Source of the DNA: Oscillospiraceae bacterium
GTDB taxonomy: Bacteria; Bacillota; Clostridia; Oscillospirales; Oscillospiraceae
Assembly: GCA_017519975.1 (NCBI GenBank)
Contig: JAFWRM010000053.1
Location: forward strand, 27,176-91,175
Reading direction: 5' to 3'
Length of the DNA: 64,000 nucleotides
Shown: positions 8,712-19,030 of the stretch, one piece after another
Position numbering within the stretch: position 1 is the first letter of the stretch
Layout: the number at the start of each line of letters is the position of its first letter
Notes under the pieces: generated by a model
The model's input: only the letters and a program-made list of their open reading frames with translations
Told to the model about the DNA's origin: nothing
Databases searched by the model: none
Program-made: the position numbers and the translations under genes

Positions 8712-10211
8712 ATGACCGTACAGGAAGCCCTGGAGCAGTTCCGCTCCACCGTTAAAAACGCGCACGCCCTGCAGCACGCCATGGGCGTTCTGAGCTATGA
8801 CGCCATGACCGTTGCCCCCGCGGATTCCGCCGAGGGGCGCGGCGAGACCCTTTCCTACCTCTCCGGCCTGTTCTACGAGCAGATGACGGGCCCGGCCCTG
8901 AAGGAGGCCGCCGCCGTTCTGCGTGAGAACAAGGAGCAGCTCACGCCCCTGCAGCGGCGGGAGATCGAGATGTTCGACCGCGACAACGAATATCTCTCCG
9001 CCATCCCGGCGGAGGAATACGTCGCCTACACCGCCCTGCTCAACGAGGCCGACGCCGTATGGCACAAGGCCAAGGCGGAGAGCGATTACGCCTCCTTCTG
9101 CCCCCTGGTGCAGAAGATCTTCGACGCCAACCGCCGCTTTGCCGGCTATTACCGGCCGGAGCTGGATCCCTACGACGTACAGCTGGATCAGTACGAAAAG
9201 GGCCTGACCAAAGAGCGGACGGATGCCTTCTTCTCCGCCCTGCGCGAGAAGATCGTGCCCCTGCTTCACCGTGTGATGGAGCGGCCCCAGGTGGACGACA
9301 GCTTCGTGAAGGGCTTCTTCCCCATCGAAAAGCAGCGGGAATTTTCCGACTGGCTCATGCAGGTGGAGACCATCGACCGGAACCGGTGCTCCATCGGCGA
9401 GACGGAGCACCCCTTTACCACGGGCTTCAACAAGAAGGACGTGCGCATCACCACCCACTACCACACGGACGAGGTGCTGGATTCCATGTTCTCCGTGATC
9501 CACGAGGGCGGCCACGCGCTGTACGAGCTGCACTCCGGGGACGAGCTGGAGGGCACGCTGCTGTCCGGCGGCTGCTCCATGAGCATCCACGAGAGCCAGT
9601 CCCGCCTGTTCGAGAACCTGATCGCCAGGAGCCGTCCGTTCATGAAGGTCCTGCTGCCGAAGCTGCGGGAGCTGTTCCCCGAGCAGATGGCCGGCGTGAC
9701 GGAGGAGATGCTGTACCGCGCCGTGAACCGCGCCGAGCCGTCCCTGATCCGCACCGAAGCCGACGAGCTGACCTACTCCCTGCACGTAATGATCCGCTAT
9801 GAGATCGAAAAGGCCCTGTTCGCGGGAGAGATCACCGCGGAGGATCTGCCCCGGGTCTGGAACGAAAAATACAAGGAGTATCTGGGCGTGGACGTGCCGG
9901 ACGACCGCCGCGGCGTGCTTCAGGACAGCCACTGGTCCGGCGGCAACGTGGGCTACTTCCCCTCCTACGCTCTGGGTTCCGCCTACGGCGTGCAGATCCT
10001 GGAGACCATGAAGCGGGACGTGGACGTGGACGCCTGCGTCGGCGCCGGGGATCTGGCTCCCATCGCCGCCTGGCTGGAGGAGCACCTGTGGAAGTACGGC
10101 CAGACGATGGATCCGCTGGAGCTGCTGGAGAAATGCTGCGGCGCTCCCTTCGATCCGGCGTACTACACCGACTATCTGGAGAAGAAATATTCCGAGATCT
10201 ACGGACTGTAA
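8712..10211 (+). CDS. Carboxypeptidase, M32 (Taq-type) family
   Basis: 499 aa with the HEGGHALYE zinc motif and downstream IHESQSRLFEN and DSHWS segments typical of M32. Confidence 0.85.
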   Translation: MTVQEALEQFRSTVKNAHALQHAMGVLSYDAMTVAPADSAEGRGETLSYLSGLFYEQMTGPALKEAAAVLRENKEQLTPLQRREIEMFDRDNEYLSAIPAEEYVAYTALLNEADAVWHKAKAESDYASFCPLVQKIFDANRRFAGYYRPELDPYDVQLDQYEKGLTKERTDAFFSALREKIVPLLHRVMERPQVDDSFVKGFFPIEKQREFSDWLMQVETIDRNRCSIGETEHPFTTGFNKKDVRITTHYHTDEVLDSMFSVIHEGGHALYELHSGDELEGTLLSGGCSMSIHESQSRLFENLIARSRPFMKVLLPKLRELFPEQMAGVTEEMLYRAVNRAEPSLIRTEADELTYSLHVMIRYEIEKALFAGEITAEDLPRVWNEKYKEYLGVDVPDDRRGVLQDSHWSGGNVGYFPSYALGSAYGVQILETMKRDVDVDACVGAGDLAPIAAWLEEHLWKYGQTMDPLELLEKCCGAPFDPAYYTDYLEKKYSEIYGL

Positions 10212-10290
10212 ATTACGAAACGCCGGAGAAGGCCGGCGGCCCCTTTCCGGCGCGACCCGCGCCGCCGACGCAGAGATAAGGAGGTATCCC

Positions 10291-12744
10291 ATGTATCAAT
10301 TCAGCCCATCCACCGAGCGCATCCAGCACATGCGGGAGCTGATCCGCGACCGTGTGATCCGCAACGACGCGGAGCGCATGCGCATCGTCACCGAATCGTA
10401 CCGTCAGAACGAGCGCATGCCGCCGCTGATCAAGCGCAGCCTTGCTTTCAAGGATCTGTGCGAGCAGATGACCGTGTTCATCAAGGACTTCGAGCTGATC
10501 GTCGGCGGAAAAGGCCCTCACTTCTTCTCCGCCCCCGTGTACCCCGAATGGGGCGCGGGCGTTCCCTGGCTGCTGGAGCCCGTAGCCAGCGGTGAGTGGA
10601 CCATCGGCGAGGACGGCCTGTACCACAACCCCGACGGGGAGGAGATCAAGCACTCCGTCAGCCCCGAGGACGTGGAGACCATCCGGGAGTGCTGGGAGTT
10701 CTGGAAGACCCGCACCACCGGCGCCATGGCCGACGCCTGGCAGCCCGATCACCACGCGGAGCTGATGCGCCTGAACGTGTCCAGCTACGCCGAGGGCGGC
10801 ATGCCCATCGTCGCCCTGCCCGCCGGCCACCTGATCGCCGGCTATCCCAAGATCATCAACAAGGGCTACGCCGCGATCCGGAAGCAGGCGCAGGACTGGC
10901 TGGACGAGCACTACGGCTTCACCATGGGTGAGGACCTGGAGAAGTACCTGTTCTACAAGGCCGCCGTCATCACCTGCGACGGGTGCATCACCCTGGTGAA
11001 GCGCTACGCCCGCTGCGCCGCCGAGAAGGCTGCCTCCTGCACCGACCCGGCCCGGAAGGCGGAGCTGGAAATGATGGCCGACGGACTGGAATGGATCTCC
11101 GAGAATCCGGCCCGCACCTTCTGGGAGGCCTGCCAGGCCACTATGATGTATCAGGTGTGCCTGCAGATCGAGTGCCTGTTCCCCTCCCCCGCGCTGGGTC
11201 GCTTCGACCAGTACACCTGGCCCTTCCTGAAGAAGGATCTGGAGGAAGGCCGCATCACCATGGAGTACGCGCAGGAGATCACCGACGCGTTCTTCCTGAA
11301 GGCCAACTGCTACTACGGCGCCGGCCCGGCCCGTCTGGTCAGCACCACGGGCATCGGCAACACCTACCAGCACACCACCCTGGGCGGCGTCGACCCGGAG
11401 ACCGGCGAGGACGCCACCAACCCCGTCACCTACATGGTGCTGGAGACCGTGGGCCGTCTGAAGCTGCACGATCCCACCATCTCCCTGCGGTTCAACAAGA
11501 ACAGCCCGGACAAGCTCTGGGACTGCGCGCTGGCCACCAGCAAGCTGGTGGGCGGCCTGCCGCTGTATCAGAACGACGAGGTGATCATCCCCGCCCTGAT
11601 GCAGGAGCTGGATTTCGAGCTGCGTGACGCCCGGGATTACGGCATCATCGGCTGTCAGGAGATCGTGGGCTGCGGCACCGACTATCCGGCCCCGAACGGC
11701 ATGCTGCCGCCGCACGCCAGCGTATGGTGGGGCAGCATCTTCAACATGGCCATCAACAACGGCATCAATCCCTTCAACGGGGAGCAGGCCAGCGTGACCA
11801 CCGACTACCTCTACAACATGACCAGCATCGAGCAGGTGCGGGATGCCGTGGAGAAGATGGGCCGCCATATCATGGGCATGTTCATCTCCACCAATAACTA
11901 CGCCGAGTACGTTTCCTCCTTCACCTGCCCGCAGCCCATTCTTTCCATCTCCATCGAGGGCTGCATGGAGAAGGGCAAGGACGTGGTCAACGGCGGCGCC
12001 AAGTACAATTCCTACGGCGGCACGGCCACCGGCCTTGCCACCCTGGCCGACTCGCTGACCACCATCAAGTACATGTGCTTCGACAATCACTTCCTGACCA
12101 CCCGGGAACTGTACGACGCCTGGATCGCCAACTGGGAGGGCTACGAGCCCCTGCGCCAGCGTCTGCTGAACGAGGTGCCCCATTACGGCAACGCCGACCC
12201 CTACGCGGACATGGAGCTGAAATGGTGCGTGGATCTGTACTACCGCATCTGTCAGGAGTTCCACTCCACCCGCAGCAAGGTGTACAAGTGCGGCCTGTAC
12301 GGCGCCTCCGACCACGTGCAGCAGGGCCACATCACCTTCGCCACCCCGGACGGCCGGAAGACGGGCGAGCCCATCGCGGACGCCATGTCCCCCGCCCAGA
12401 GCCGGGATAAGAACGGCCCCACCGCCGTGTTCCAGTCCACGCTGGTGTTCGATCATCACCACTACCTGGGCGGCATCGCGCTGAACATGCGCATGCATCC
12501 CTCCGTCCTGTCCAACCAGGAGGGCATCGACAAGCTGCGCGACATGACGAAGTCCTACTTTGAGGACGGCGGCATGGAGGTGCAGTACAACGTGGTGGAC
12601 ACCGTCACCCTGCGCGAGGCGCAGGAGGAGCCCGAGAAGTACCGCGATCTGGTCGTCCGCATCGCCGGCTACTCCGCCTACTTCATCGAGCTGGGCACCG
12701 ACCTGCAGAACGACATCATCTCCCGAAACGAGAACCGGTTCTGA
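10291..12744 (+). CDS. Glycyl radical enzyme (PFL2/dehydratase-like family), substrate unknown (GRE1)
   Basis: 817 aa. C-terminal glycyl-radical motif VVRIAGYSAYF. Cys loop IIGCQEIVG (Cys455 codon at 11653-11655). GH motif (AGHLIAGY) and GRFDQY motif. AAGGAGG RBS. Confidence 0.9.
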   Translation: MYQFSPSTERIQHMRELIRDRVIRNDAERMRIVTESYRQNERMPPLIKRSLAFKDLCEQMTVFIKDFELIVGGKGPHFFSAPVYPEWGAGVPWLLEPVASGEWTIGEDGLYHNPDGEEIKHSVSPEDVETIRECWEFWKTRTTGAMADAWQPDHHAELMRLNVSSYAEGGMPIVALPAGHLIAGYPKIINKGYAAIRKQAQDWLDEHYGFTMGEDLEKYLFYKAAVITCDGCITLVKRYARCAAEKAASCTDPARKAELEMMADGLEWISENPARTFWEACQATMMYQVCLQIECLFPSPALGRFDQYTWPFLKKDLEEGRITMEYAQEITDAFFLKANCYYGAGPARLVSTTGIGNTYQHTTLGGVDPETGEDATNPVTYMVLETVGRLKLHDPTISLRFNKNSPDKLWDCALATSKLVGGLPLYQNDEVIIPALMQELDFELRDARDYGIIGCQEIVGCGTDYPAPNGMLPPHASVWWGSIFNMAINNGINPFNGEQASVTTDYLYNMTSIEQVRDAVEKMGRHIMGMFISTNNYAEYVSSFTCPQPILSISIEGCMEKGKDVVNGGAKYNSYGGTATGLATLADSLTTIKYMCFDNHFLTTRELYDAWIANWEGYEPLRQRLLNEVPHYGNADPYADMELKWCVDLYYRICQEFHSTRSKVYKCGLYGASDHVQQGHITFATPDGRKTGEPIADAMSPAQSRDKNGPTAVFQSTLVFDHHHYLGGIALNMRMHPSVLSNQEGIDKLRDMTKSYFEDGGMEVQYNVVDTVTLREAQEEPEKYRDLVVRIAGYSAYFIELGTDLQNDIISRNENRF

Positions 12745-12767
12745 TCTTCCCATCGGCCGCAGACAGC

Positions 12768-12810
12768 AGACGCCCCCTTTCCCTCAGCGGGAAAGGGGGC
12801 GTCTTTCTTT
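12768..12810. terminator. Bidirectional rho-independent terminator between convergent genes
   Basis: AGACGCCCCCTTTCCC-TCAGC-GGGAAAGGGGGCGTCT is a perfect 16-bp stem followed by TTCTTT. Confidence 0.75.
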
Positions 12811-12816
12811 CATTTC

Positions 12817-14043
12817 TCACACGTCCGCCCAGGCGCAGCGGAAGCCGATGTCCGGGTAGATGAACGCCCGCGTTTCGCGGAGATACAGCTCCCAGACGCC
12901 GCCTCCCTCACCGTCGAACCAGCTGCCGCCGCGGGCGGCGACGCGCTCGGCGTAATTGCGCAGGAAGAACACGCTGCCGTCAGTGTATCCGCCGGGGATC
13001 GGCGCCGCGCCCAGGAGGTGGAGCACCTGCGGTACCGTCACGCCGTCGGCCGGCGCCAGATCGCTGAAACGGGCAAACCCGTAGGCGCGGTGGGACGTAT
13101 CCTTTTCATCGCCGGTGTAGTTGAAGTTCACCATCTCGGTATTCAGCCGATAACCGCCACGCATCATGACGTCCTCCGGGGAGTCCGTCCCCGGGGAGAC
13201 GGCGTCGTACTTCAGCGTGCCGGGCGTCCCAGGCGCCGCGAGGCTCCCGTCCTCCAGCACCGCCCGCCAGCAGGGGCTGTCCGGCCCCTCGTCCACGTTC
13301 ATCGCGCTGTCGTTATCCGGGATGATCTGGATCTCGCCGTCCACAGTCCGGATGCCGGAGACCCAGTCCCACACGTTGCCCACCAGATCCGATACGCCCC
13401 AGGGGCCGCCGTCGTGGTTCCAGTTGTCCGGCCCCGTGCCGGTGAGCGTGCGCATCGAGTCTTCAAACCCCCGCCCGCGGGGCTGCTCGGCCAGCACACC
13501 CCTGTCCCAGGGCCTCTTCGAATTGCAGCCGAAGGTCACGTTTCCCCGGGGCACGGTACCGTTTCGGACGCTCCAGTGGGCCAGCGCGCACCACTCGGCG
13601 TTGGTCAGCAGATGCCAGCCCCTCCCCTTTGCGGCGCAGGCGGCCCGCGCTTCGTCTATGCTCAGCGTATGGGCCGGATCCCGCCCGGGCAGGCTGTAGG
13701 CCCTGCCGTATTCGATGACGTTCGGGTATTTGCTGATCCATATCTCGTCCAGTACCCGGCCGCCGACGATGAAGGCGGAGCAGGGCTCCTGCGGCGCGCC
13801 GTCCACCACGTCCGACCAAAGGAACATCGGGACGCGGGCCATGACGGAGGGGCGCCCCAGATCGTCGAACAGCAGCGTATTCTTTCCTCCGGAGGCGGCT
13901 TCCAGCGCGAACCGGGCGCCTTCATAGCGCGCACGCGCCTCCACCGGGTCTTCCTCCGGCAGGATCACCGGTTCCGGCTCGCCGACCTTTTTCAGCACGG
14001 GAAATCCGATATCGTCCTTGACTCCGGTCTTTACGATCTCCAT
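12817..14043 (-). CDS. Formylglycine-generating-enzyme (SUMF1/FGE-sulfatase) fold protein
   Basis: GWHLLTNAEWCALAHW, GNVWDWVSG and RGGSW motifs of the FGE-sulfatase domain. The ATG at 14043 is preceded by GGAAGGGAG. No obvious signal peptide. Confidence 0.7.
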   Translation of the reverse strand: MEIVKTGVKDDIGFPVLKKVGEPEPVILPEEDPVEARARYEGARFALEAASGGKNTLLFDDLGRPSVMARVPMFLWSDVVDGAPQEPCSAFIVGGRVLDEIWISKYPNVIEYGRAYSLPGRDPAHTLSIDEARAACAAKGRGWHLLTNAEWCALAHWSVRNGTVPRGNVTFGCNSKRPWDRGVLAEQPRGRGFEDSMRTLTGTGPDNWNHDGGPWGVSDLVGNVWDWVSGIRTVDGEIQIIPDNDSAMNVDEGPDSPCWRAVLEDGSLAAPGTPGTLKYDAVSPGTDSPEDVMMRGGYRLNTEMVNFNYTGDEKDTSHRAYGFARFSDLAPADGVTVPQVLHLLGAAPIPGGYTDGSVFFLRNYAERVAARGGSWFDGEGGGVWELYLRETRAFIYPDIGFRCAWADV

Positions 14044-14230
14044 TGCGTCAGCTCCCTTCCGAATAATCGTTTCTGCCTGCATTATACTCCTTACTCCCAG
14101 CGGACTCAACTTTTTCGGCGGTATCCCTCATCTATCTCCGATTCTCTCTTCTCAGGAGGTGCACAGCAAGTGAAATGTCCCGGCCGAAATCCTTTTCTGG
14201 GTTTCTGCCGGGACATTTATGTGTTGTCTG

Positions 14231-16180
14231 TCAGTGTCTTCCGATATTCCGCGCGGCAGTCCAGCCCTCGCTGGTAGCCGCAATGATGTTTCTGGGGGAA
14301 CGGCAGTCTCCAATCATATAGAACTCGCCTTCAAATCCTGACAGTGCTTCCGTTTTTTCCCATCTGGGCTTCATGCCCAGAGCAACGGTTACGGTATCCG
14401 CCTTAAGGAACAGCTCTCCCTCCGGCGTCTCACAGCGTACTCCGTCCGCCGTGATCTCCACGGCTTTGGTCTCATACCGGACAGCCATACCCATCTCCGC
14501 CAGTTTTGCCGAATAGATCTCGCTTACCGGCATTTCAGGACTCATCTCTATGACTTCCACCCCGATATCGAGCATCTTCAGATAGATCCCCAGTTCCAGT
14601 CCGGTCAGGCCGGCGCCCAGGATCACAGTGCTTTTTCCCGCACACGCAGGGTTGGCAAATACGTCAGCAGCCATACGCACGTTCTGTCCGTTGATGCCCG
14701 GAATCGGCGGCCGCGCGGGATCAGCACCCAAGGCCGCGATCACGGCCTGCGGAGATTCTCTGCGGAGCATCTCCGGTGTTACTTCCGTATTCATCCGCAC
14801 TTCGACGCCGAGCTTCTCCAGCATATACTTCTGACGCTCGATATACTCGTCGATCCTTTTCTTGAACGGTACGTTCTTCTCGCATCGGATGACACCGCCC
14901 AGACTGTCAGTCTTTTCGCACAGGACGACCTGATGGCCCTCTTCCGCCGCCGTAATGGCAGCCTGCATGCCGGCGATTCCTCCTCCGGCCACCAGCACCC
15001 GCTTATGCTCTTTCACCGGTCCTGAACTCCCGATCTCGTAATCCTTCCCGGATTCCGGATTGATCGCACAGTACAGGTGACCGTTGAGATAGTCCTGTCT
15101 CACACATTCAAAACAGCGCAGGCAGCGGCGGACTTCCTTAGTCCTCCCTGTCCGGAGTTTGATGGCCATATCCGGTTCACAGATGAGTCCCCGTGCCAAT
15201 TCGACTACATCCGCCTGACCTGTCGCAATGATCTCTTCCAGATGATCGGGATCCGACAGTGCCCCGACCGTAGCCACCGGGGTTCTCACATGTTTTTTTA
15301 TCTCCGCGGCGTATTTAACGTTGCAGCCGTCCTCCGAGAAGATCCCGGGATGTGTGTGGTGCATGAGATTCGGTGCGAAGATGTTGCCTACGGAGACGTG
15401 GATCAGATCGGCATGTCCTTCCAGCTGACGGGCGATATCGATGCCATCCGCAATGGTGAATCCACCTTCGATGATCTCCGTTCCGCTCATGCGGACTTCC
15501 ACCGGGAAGCCCTTTCCGCATCTCTTATGGATCTCATCGATCACGGCCACCGTGAAGCGGGCGCGGTTCTCCAGCGAACCTCCCCACCGGTCGGTGCGCT
15601 TGTTTGTGAACGGAGACAGGAACTGATGCAGCAGCCATCCATGCCCCGCATGGACCGTGACCATTCCGAAACCTCTCTGTTTTGCATAAAGCGCCGCTTC
15701 TGCAAAAGCGTCGATGGTCCGGTAGATCTCTTCCTCCGTCATTCCTTTGCAGCGGATTCCATGGTTGAAGACGCAGACACCGTCACTGGGTCCCAGCAGT
15801 TCCTCGTCCTCGGAGCTCTGGGAACTGGCCATACCGGGTTTCTGAAGCTCGATGGTGGCTACCGCGCCGTTTCGCGTGATGGCGTCGGCCAGTTTGGCCA
15901 GAGGGCGCCGATTGTCCAGATGATCTGTCAGATGGATGACCTCATAATCGTCATTGGGAATCCCCACGTCGTCCACATAGCACTCACCGATGTTGACGGA
16001 GGCGGCGCCTCCCTTGGCCTTACGTTCGAAGTACGCGATATAGTCGTCCGTCGGCACTCTCTGCGGTGTCAGATCGTACAGCCCTGTAGGCGCTGAGAAG
16101 ATCCTGTTTCTGAACAGGGTATTACCGATGCGGATCGGCTGAAACAGATTCGGATATCCTTTGATCTCGTTCATCTTCAT
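14231..16180 (-). CDS. Enoate-reductase/2,4-dienoyl-CoA-reductase-like flavoenzyme (OYE domain + 4Fe-4S + FAD/NAD domain)
   Basis: OYE signature HAGHGWLLHQFLSPFTNKRTDRWGGSLENRARF. Cys cluster CLRCFECV...C. Rossmann motif VLVAGGGIAGMQAA. 649 aa. Confidence 0.8.
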   Translation of the reverse strand: MKMNEIKGYPNLFQPIRIGNTLFRNRIFSAPTGLYDLTPQRVPTDDYIAYFERKAKGGAASVNIGECYVDDVGIPNDDYEVIHLTDHLDNRRPLAKLADAITRNGAVATIELQKPGMASSQSSEDEELLGPSDGVCVFNHGIRCKGMTEEEIYRTIDAFAEAALYAKQRGFGMVTVHAGHGWLLHQFLSPFTNKRTDRWGGSLENRARFTVAVIDEIHKRCGKGFPVEVRMSGTEIIEGGFTIADGIDIARQLEGHADLIHVSVGNIFAPNLMHHTHPGIFSEDGCNVKYAAEIKKHVRTPVATVGALSDPDHLEEIIATGQADVVELARGLICEPDMAIKLRTGRTKEVRRCLRCFECVRQDYLNGHLYCAINPESGKDYEIGSSGPVKEHKRVLVAGGGIAGMQAAITAAEEGHQVVLCEKTDSLGGVIRCEKNVPFKKRIDEYIERQKYMLEKLGVEVRMNTEVTPEMLRRESPQAVIAALGADPARPPIPGINGQNVRMAADVFANPACAGKSTVILGAGLTGLELGIYLKMLDIGVEVIEMSPEMPVSEIYSAKLAEMGMAVRYETKAVEITADGVRCETPEGELFLKADTVTVALGMKPRWEKTEALSGFEGEFYMIGDCRSPRNIIAATSEGWTAARNIGRH

Positions 16181-16191
16181 TTGCCTCCTTC

Positions 16192-17151
16192 TCAGAGACC
16201 GTTGATCTCACGGACGTTATGGCAGGACACAAAGTGCCCGGGAGTCACTTCCTCATAGGTCGGCTGTTTGCACCGGCAGATATCTGTCGCGTAGGGACAC
16301 CTCTTGACAAAACGGCACTCCTCCGCCGGGTCGATGGGAGAAGACAGCTCACCCTGAAGCTGCACCCGTTTCTGTTCATGATGGATATTGGGTACGGGAA
16401 TAGCGGAGAGAAGCCCCTTGGTATAGGGATGCAGCGGCCGTGCGAACAGTTCCTTGGCGGGGCATTTCTCGACCATGACTCCGATATACATGACCATGAT
16501 ATCCGTGGAGATGTGCTTCACAACAGACAGATCGTGAGTGACAAAAATATAGGTTAGTTTCCGCTTGTCCTGCAGATCCTGCAGGAGGTTCAGTATCTGT
16601 GCCTGAATGGACACATCGAGAGCAGAGACCGGCTCGTCGCACACGATGAATTCCGGATCCAGTGCGAGAGCGCGCCCGATACCGATACGCTGTCGGCGGC
16701 CGCCGTCCAGTTCATGAGGATAGGAATAAGCATAACGGCGGGACAGGCCGACCAGATCCATGATCTCCAGTACGCGCTCCTCCAGTTCCTTCTTCCCATA
16801 CATACCGAATGTTTTCAGCGGGTCGGCGATCAGGTCAGATACGCAGAACCGGGGATTCAGGGAGGAAAAAGGATCCTGGAAGATGATCTGCATCTTCTTG
16901 CGCAATTCACGGTTTTCATGCTTGCTGATATCTGTGATGTCCCTGCCCTCAAAAAAGATCTTGCCGGAAGTCGGTTCGATGAGTTTGAGAACCGTGCGTC
17001 CCAGTGTGGATTTCCCGCAGCCGGACTCGCCGACCACACCAAGGGTCTGGCCTTCCTGAATGGTAAAACTCACGTCATCCACCGCATGCAGCGTACCGGC
17101 GGGTACGTCAAAAAACTTCTTGAGATGTTCAACACGAAGGATCTCAGACAT
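16192..17151 (-). CDS. ABC transporter ATP-binding protein (OppF/DppF-like)
   Basis: Walker [10 protein letters not shown] with a C-terminal oligopeptide-transporter extension. The ATG at 17151 is preceded by GGAGGTG and overlaps the upstream gene by 8 nt. Confidence 0.85.
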   Translation of the reverse strand: MSEILRVEHLKKFFDVPAGTLHAVDDVSFTIQEGQTLGVVGESGCGKSTLGRTVLKLIEPTSGKIFFEGRDITDISKHENRELRKKMQIIFQDPFSSLNPRFCVSDLIADPLKTFGMYGKKELEERVLEIMDLVGLSRRYAYSYPHELDGGRRQRIGIGRALALDPEFIVCDEPVSALDVSIQAQILNLLQDLQDKRKLTYIFVTHDLSVVKHISTDIMVMYIGVMVEKCPAKELFARPLHPYTKGLLSAIPVPNIHHEQKRVQLQGELSSPIDPAEECRFVKRCPYATDICRCKQPTYEEVTPGHFVSCHNVREINGL

Positions 17152-18118
17152 TCTCGGCACCTCCGTTCAGATTCGAGCAGCGTACGAAATGGCCTGGCTC
17201 AACCTCGAGGTATTCCGGTTCACTCTCTGCGCACCTGTCACACTTCCTGGTGCAGCGCTCGCAGAAATTGCACCCTTTGGGCAGATTGGCCGGATCCGGC
17301 ATGAGGCCGGGTATCGGTGTCAGTCTGTCCACGTCCTTGTCCAGGGACGGGATCGATCCGAACAGGCCAATGGTGTACGGATGCATCGGGTTGTCGAAAA
17401 TGTGGGCAAGCGTTCCGTATTCCACAATCTGGCCTGCATACATGATCGCTACATCGTCGCAGGTCTCCGCTACGATGCCCAGATCGTGGGTGATCAGGAG
17501 CATGGAGGTATTCAGTCTGACCTTCAGGTCATTCATCATCTCCAGTACCTGTGCCTGGATGGTCACGTCCAGCGCAGTGGTAGGCTCATCAGCGATCAGC
17601 AGCTTCGGCTGGCAGGCAAGCGCCATGGCGATGACCACGCGCTGCTTCATTCCGCCGGAAAACTGGTGAGGATATTCCGTACTCCTTTCGGCGCGGATGC
17701 CGACCAGTTCCAGCATTTCAATGCTTTTTGCGGAGGCTTCCGACTTGGAGCATCCGCTGTGCAGGGCAATGACTTCCGCAATCTGGTCGCCGACACGGAT
17801 AACGGGATTCAGCGCCGTCATGGGATCCTGAAAGATCATCGAGATCTTATTTCCACGGATCTTTCGGATTTCGCTGTCTTTGGCCTTCAGTAAGTCTTTT
17901 CCCTCAAAATAGATCTCTCCGCCGGCGATCACGCCGGGCGGATTCGGAACAAGCCCGAGGATTCCCAGGGCCGTTGTTGTCTTTCCGGCCCCTGTCTCGC
18001 CCACAAGGCCGAGGGTCTTTCCTTCATCGATTTTCAGATTGATGCCATTGACAGCCTCTACCACGCTCTTGCGGGTCTTGTACTGGATCGTAAGATCACG
18101 GATTTCAAGCAGACTCAT
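17144..18118 (-). CDS. ABC transporter ATP-binding protein (OppD/DppD-like)
   Basis: Walker [10 protein letters not shown], signature FSGGMKQR, Walker [13 protein letters not shown]. Confidence 0.85.
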   Translation of the reverse strand: MSLLEIRDLTIQYKTRKSVVEAVNGINLKIDEGKTLGLVGETGAGKTTTALGILGLVPNPPGVIAGGEIYFEGKDLLKAKDSEIRKIRGNKISMIFQDPMTALNPVIRVGDQIAEVIALHSGCSKSEASAKSIEMLELVGIRAERSTEYPHQFSGGMKQRVVIAMALACQPKLLIADEPTTALDVTIQAQVLEMMNDLKVRLNTSMLLITHDLGIVAETCDDVAIMYAGQIVEYGTLAHIFDNPMHPYTIGLFGSIPSLDKDVDRLTPIPGLMPDPANLPKGCNFCERCTRKCDRCAESEPEYLEVEPGHFVRCSNLNGGAENV

Positions 18119-18127
18119 GTGATCACC

Positions 18128-19030
18128 TCAATCCTTCAGTCTCGGATCGAGCGCATCACGAAGCGCGTCGCCGAGGATGTTGAAGCCGAACAGCGTCAGG
18201 CCGATGAACAGTGCGGGGAAAATAACGATGGGAGGGAAATCTCGAAGGAATTCTCTTCCTGCGGACAGAATGGAACCCCATTCGGGCGTCGGTGCCTGAA
18301 CACCGAGTCCGATGAAGCTCAGGCCGGAGATGGCCATGATATTGCCGCCGATATCCAGGGTCGCGCTGACTATCAGAGGGGCGATGGTATTGGGCAGTAC
18401 GTGTTTGAAAATAGTGCGTGCGTTGGTCGAACCGGTAGCCTGTGCCGCCTCGATGTACTCATTGTCCTTGATCGTCAGGACTGTGGAACGCATGACACGG
18501 GCACTGTACGGGATCCCAGAAATGGCGATGGCAAGGGCGGTCTTCATGGGTCCTGTCCCGAGAGCCGACGATACGGCAATGGCCATCAGCAGTGCAGGGA
18601 TTGCCATGAGGATGTCCAGGATCCGTGTGATGACATTGTCGATCCGGCCGCCGAAGAAACCTGCGATGGCGCCTACCGTGATGCCTACGGCACTGGAAAT
18701 GATGATCGCTACCAGTGAGACCAGCAGAGAGATCCGGCCACCGTACAGCATACGGGACCAGAGATCACGTCCGAAATTGTCAGTACCCAGAGGATGTTCC
18801 CAGCATGGGTTGATGAATCTGTCGGGAAAGCTCTGCGCATCATAGGGATAATCTGTGAAGACCGGGGCGAAGATGACCAGGATCAGCAGTATAGCTATGA
18901 TTATCATTCCCAGCATGCCGAGCTTATTGCGCACCAGGCGGGAAAGGATATCCGCCGTGCGGGTGTTTTTCTTGCTCAGGGCAACCAGGTCGTTGGCGAG
19001 CTCTTCCTTCTGTTTCTTGGTCCGAAACAT
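18128..19030 (-). CDS. ABC transporter permease (OppC/DppC-like)
   Basis: 300 aa with 6 helices and the EAA-like loop IEAAQATGSTNARTIFKHVLPN. Confidence 0.85.
   Translation of the reverse strand: MFRTKKQKEELANDLVALSKKNTRTADILSRLVRNKLGMLGMIIIAILLILVIFAPVFTDYPYDAQSFPDRFINPCWEHPLGTDNFGRDLWSRMLYGGRISLLVSLVAIIISSAVGITVGAIAGFFGGRIDNVITRILDILMAIPALLMAIAVSSALGTGPMKTALAIAISGIPYSARVMRSTVLTIKDNEYIEAAQATGSTNARTIFKHVLPNTIAPLIVSATLDIGGNIMAISGLSFIGLGVQAPTPEWGSILSAGREFLRDFPPIVIFPALFIGLTLFGFNILGDALRDALDPRLKD

Noticed and set aside
4038-10292. Long antisense ORFs 4038-5585, 5269-6522, 6584-8077 and 7938-10292 (up to 784 aa).
   Set aside because: They lie antisense to well-supported genes (icd, radical SAM, MATE, DUF4428, M32). 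Their translations are dominated by G/A/R/V/H/D, as expected from the reverse complement of GC3-rich codons.
10213-12753. 846-aa ORF antisense to GRE1. The same situation applies to 32105-34642 (845 aa) and 34851-37076 (741 aa), antisense to GRE2 and GRE3, and to 52362-55460 (1032 aa), antisense to ileS.
   Set aside because: Mirror-frame artefacts. The sense frames contain unambiguous GRE or IleRS signature motifs, and the antisense products have no motifs and a biased composition.
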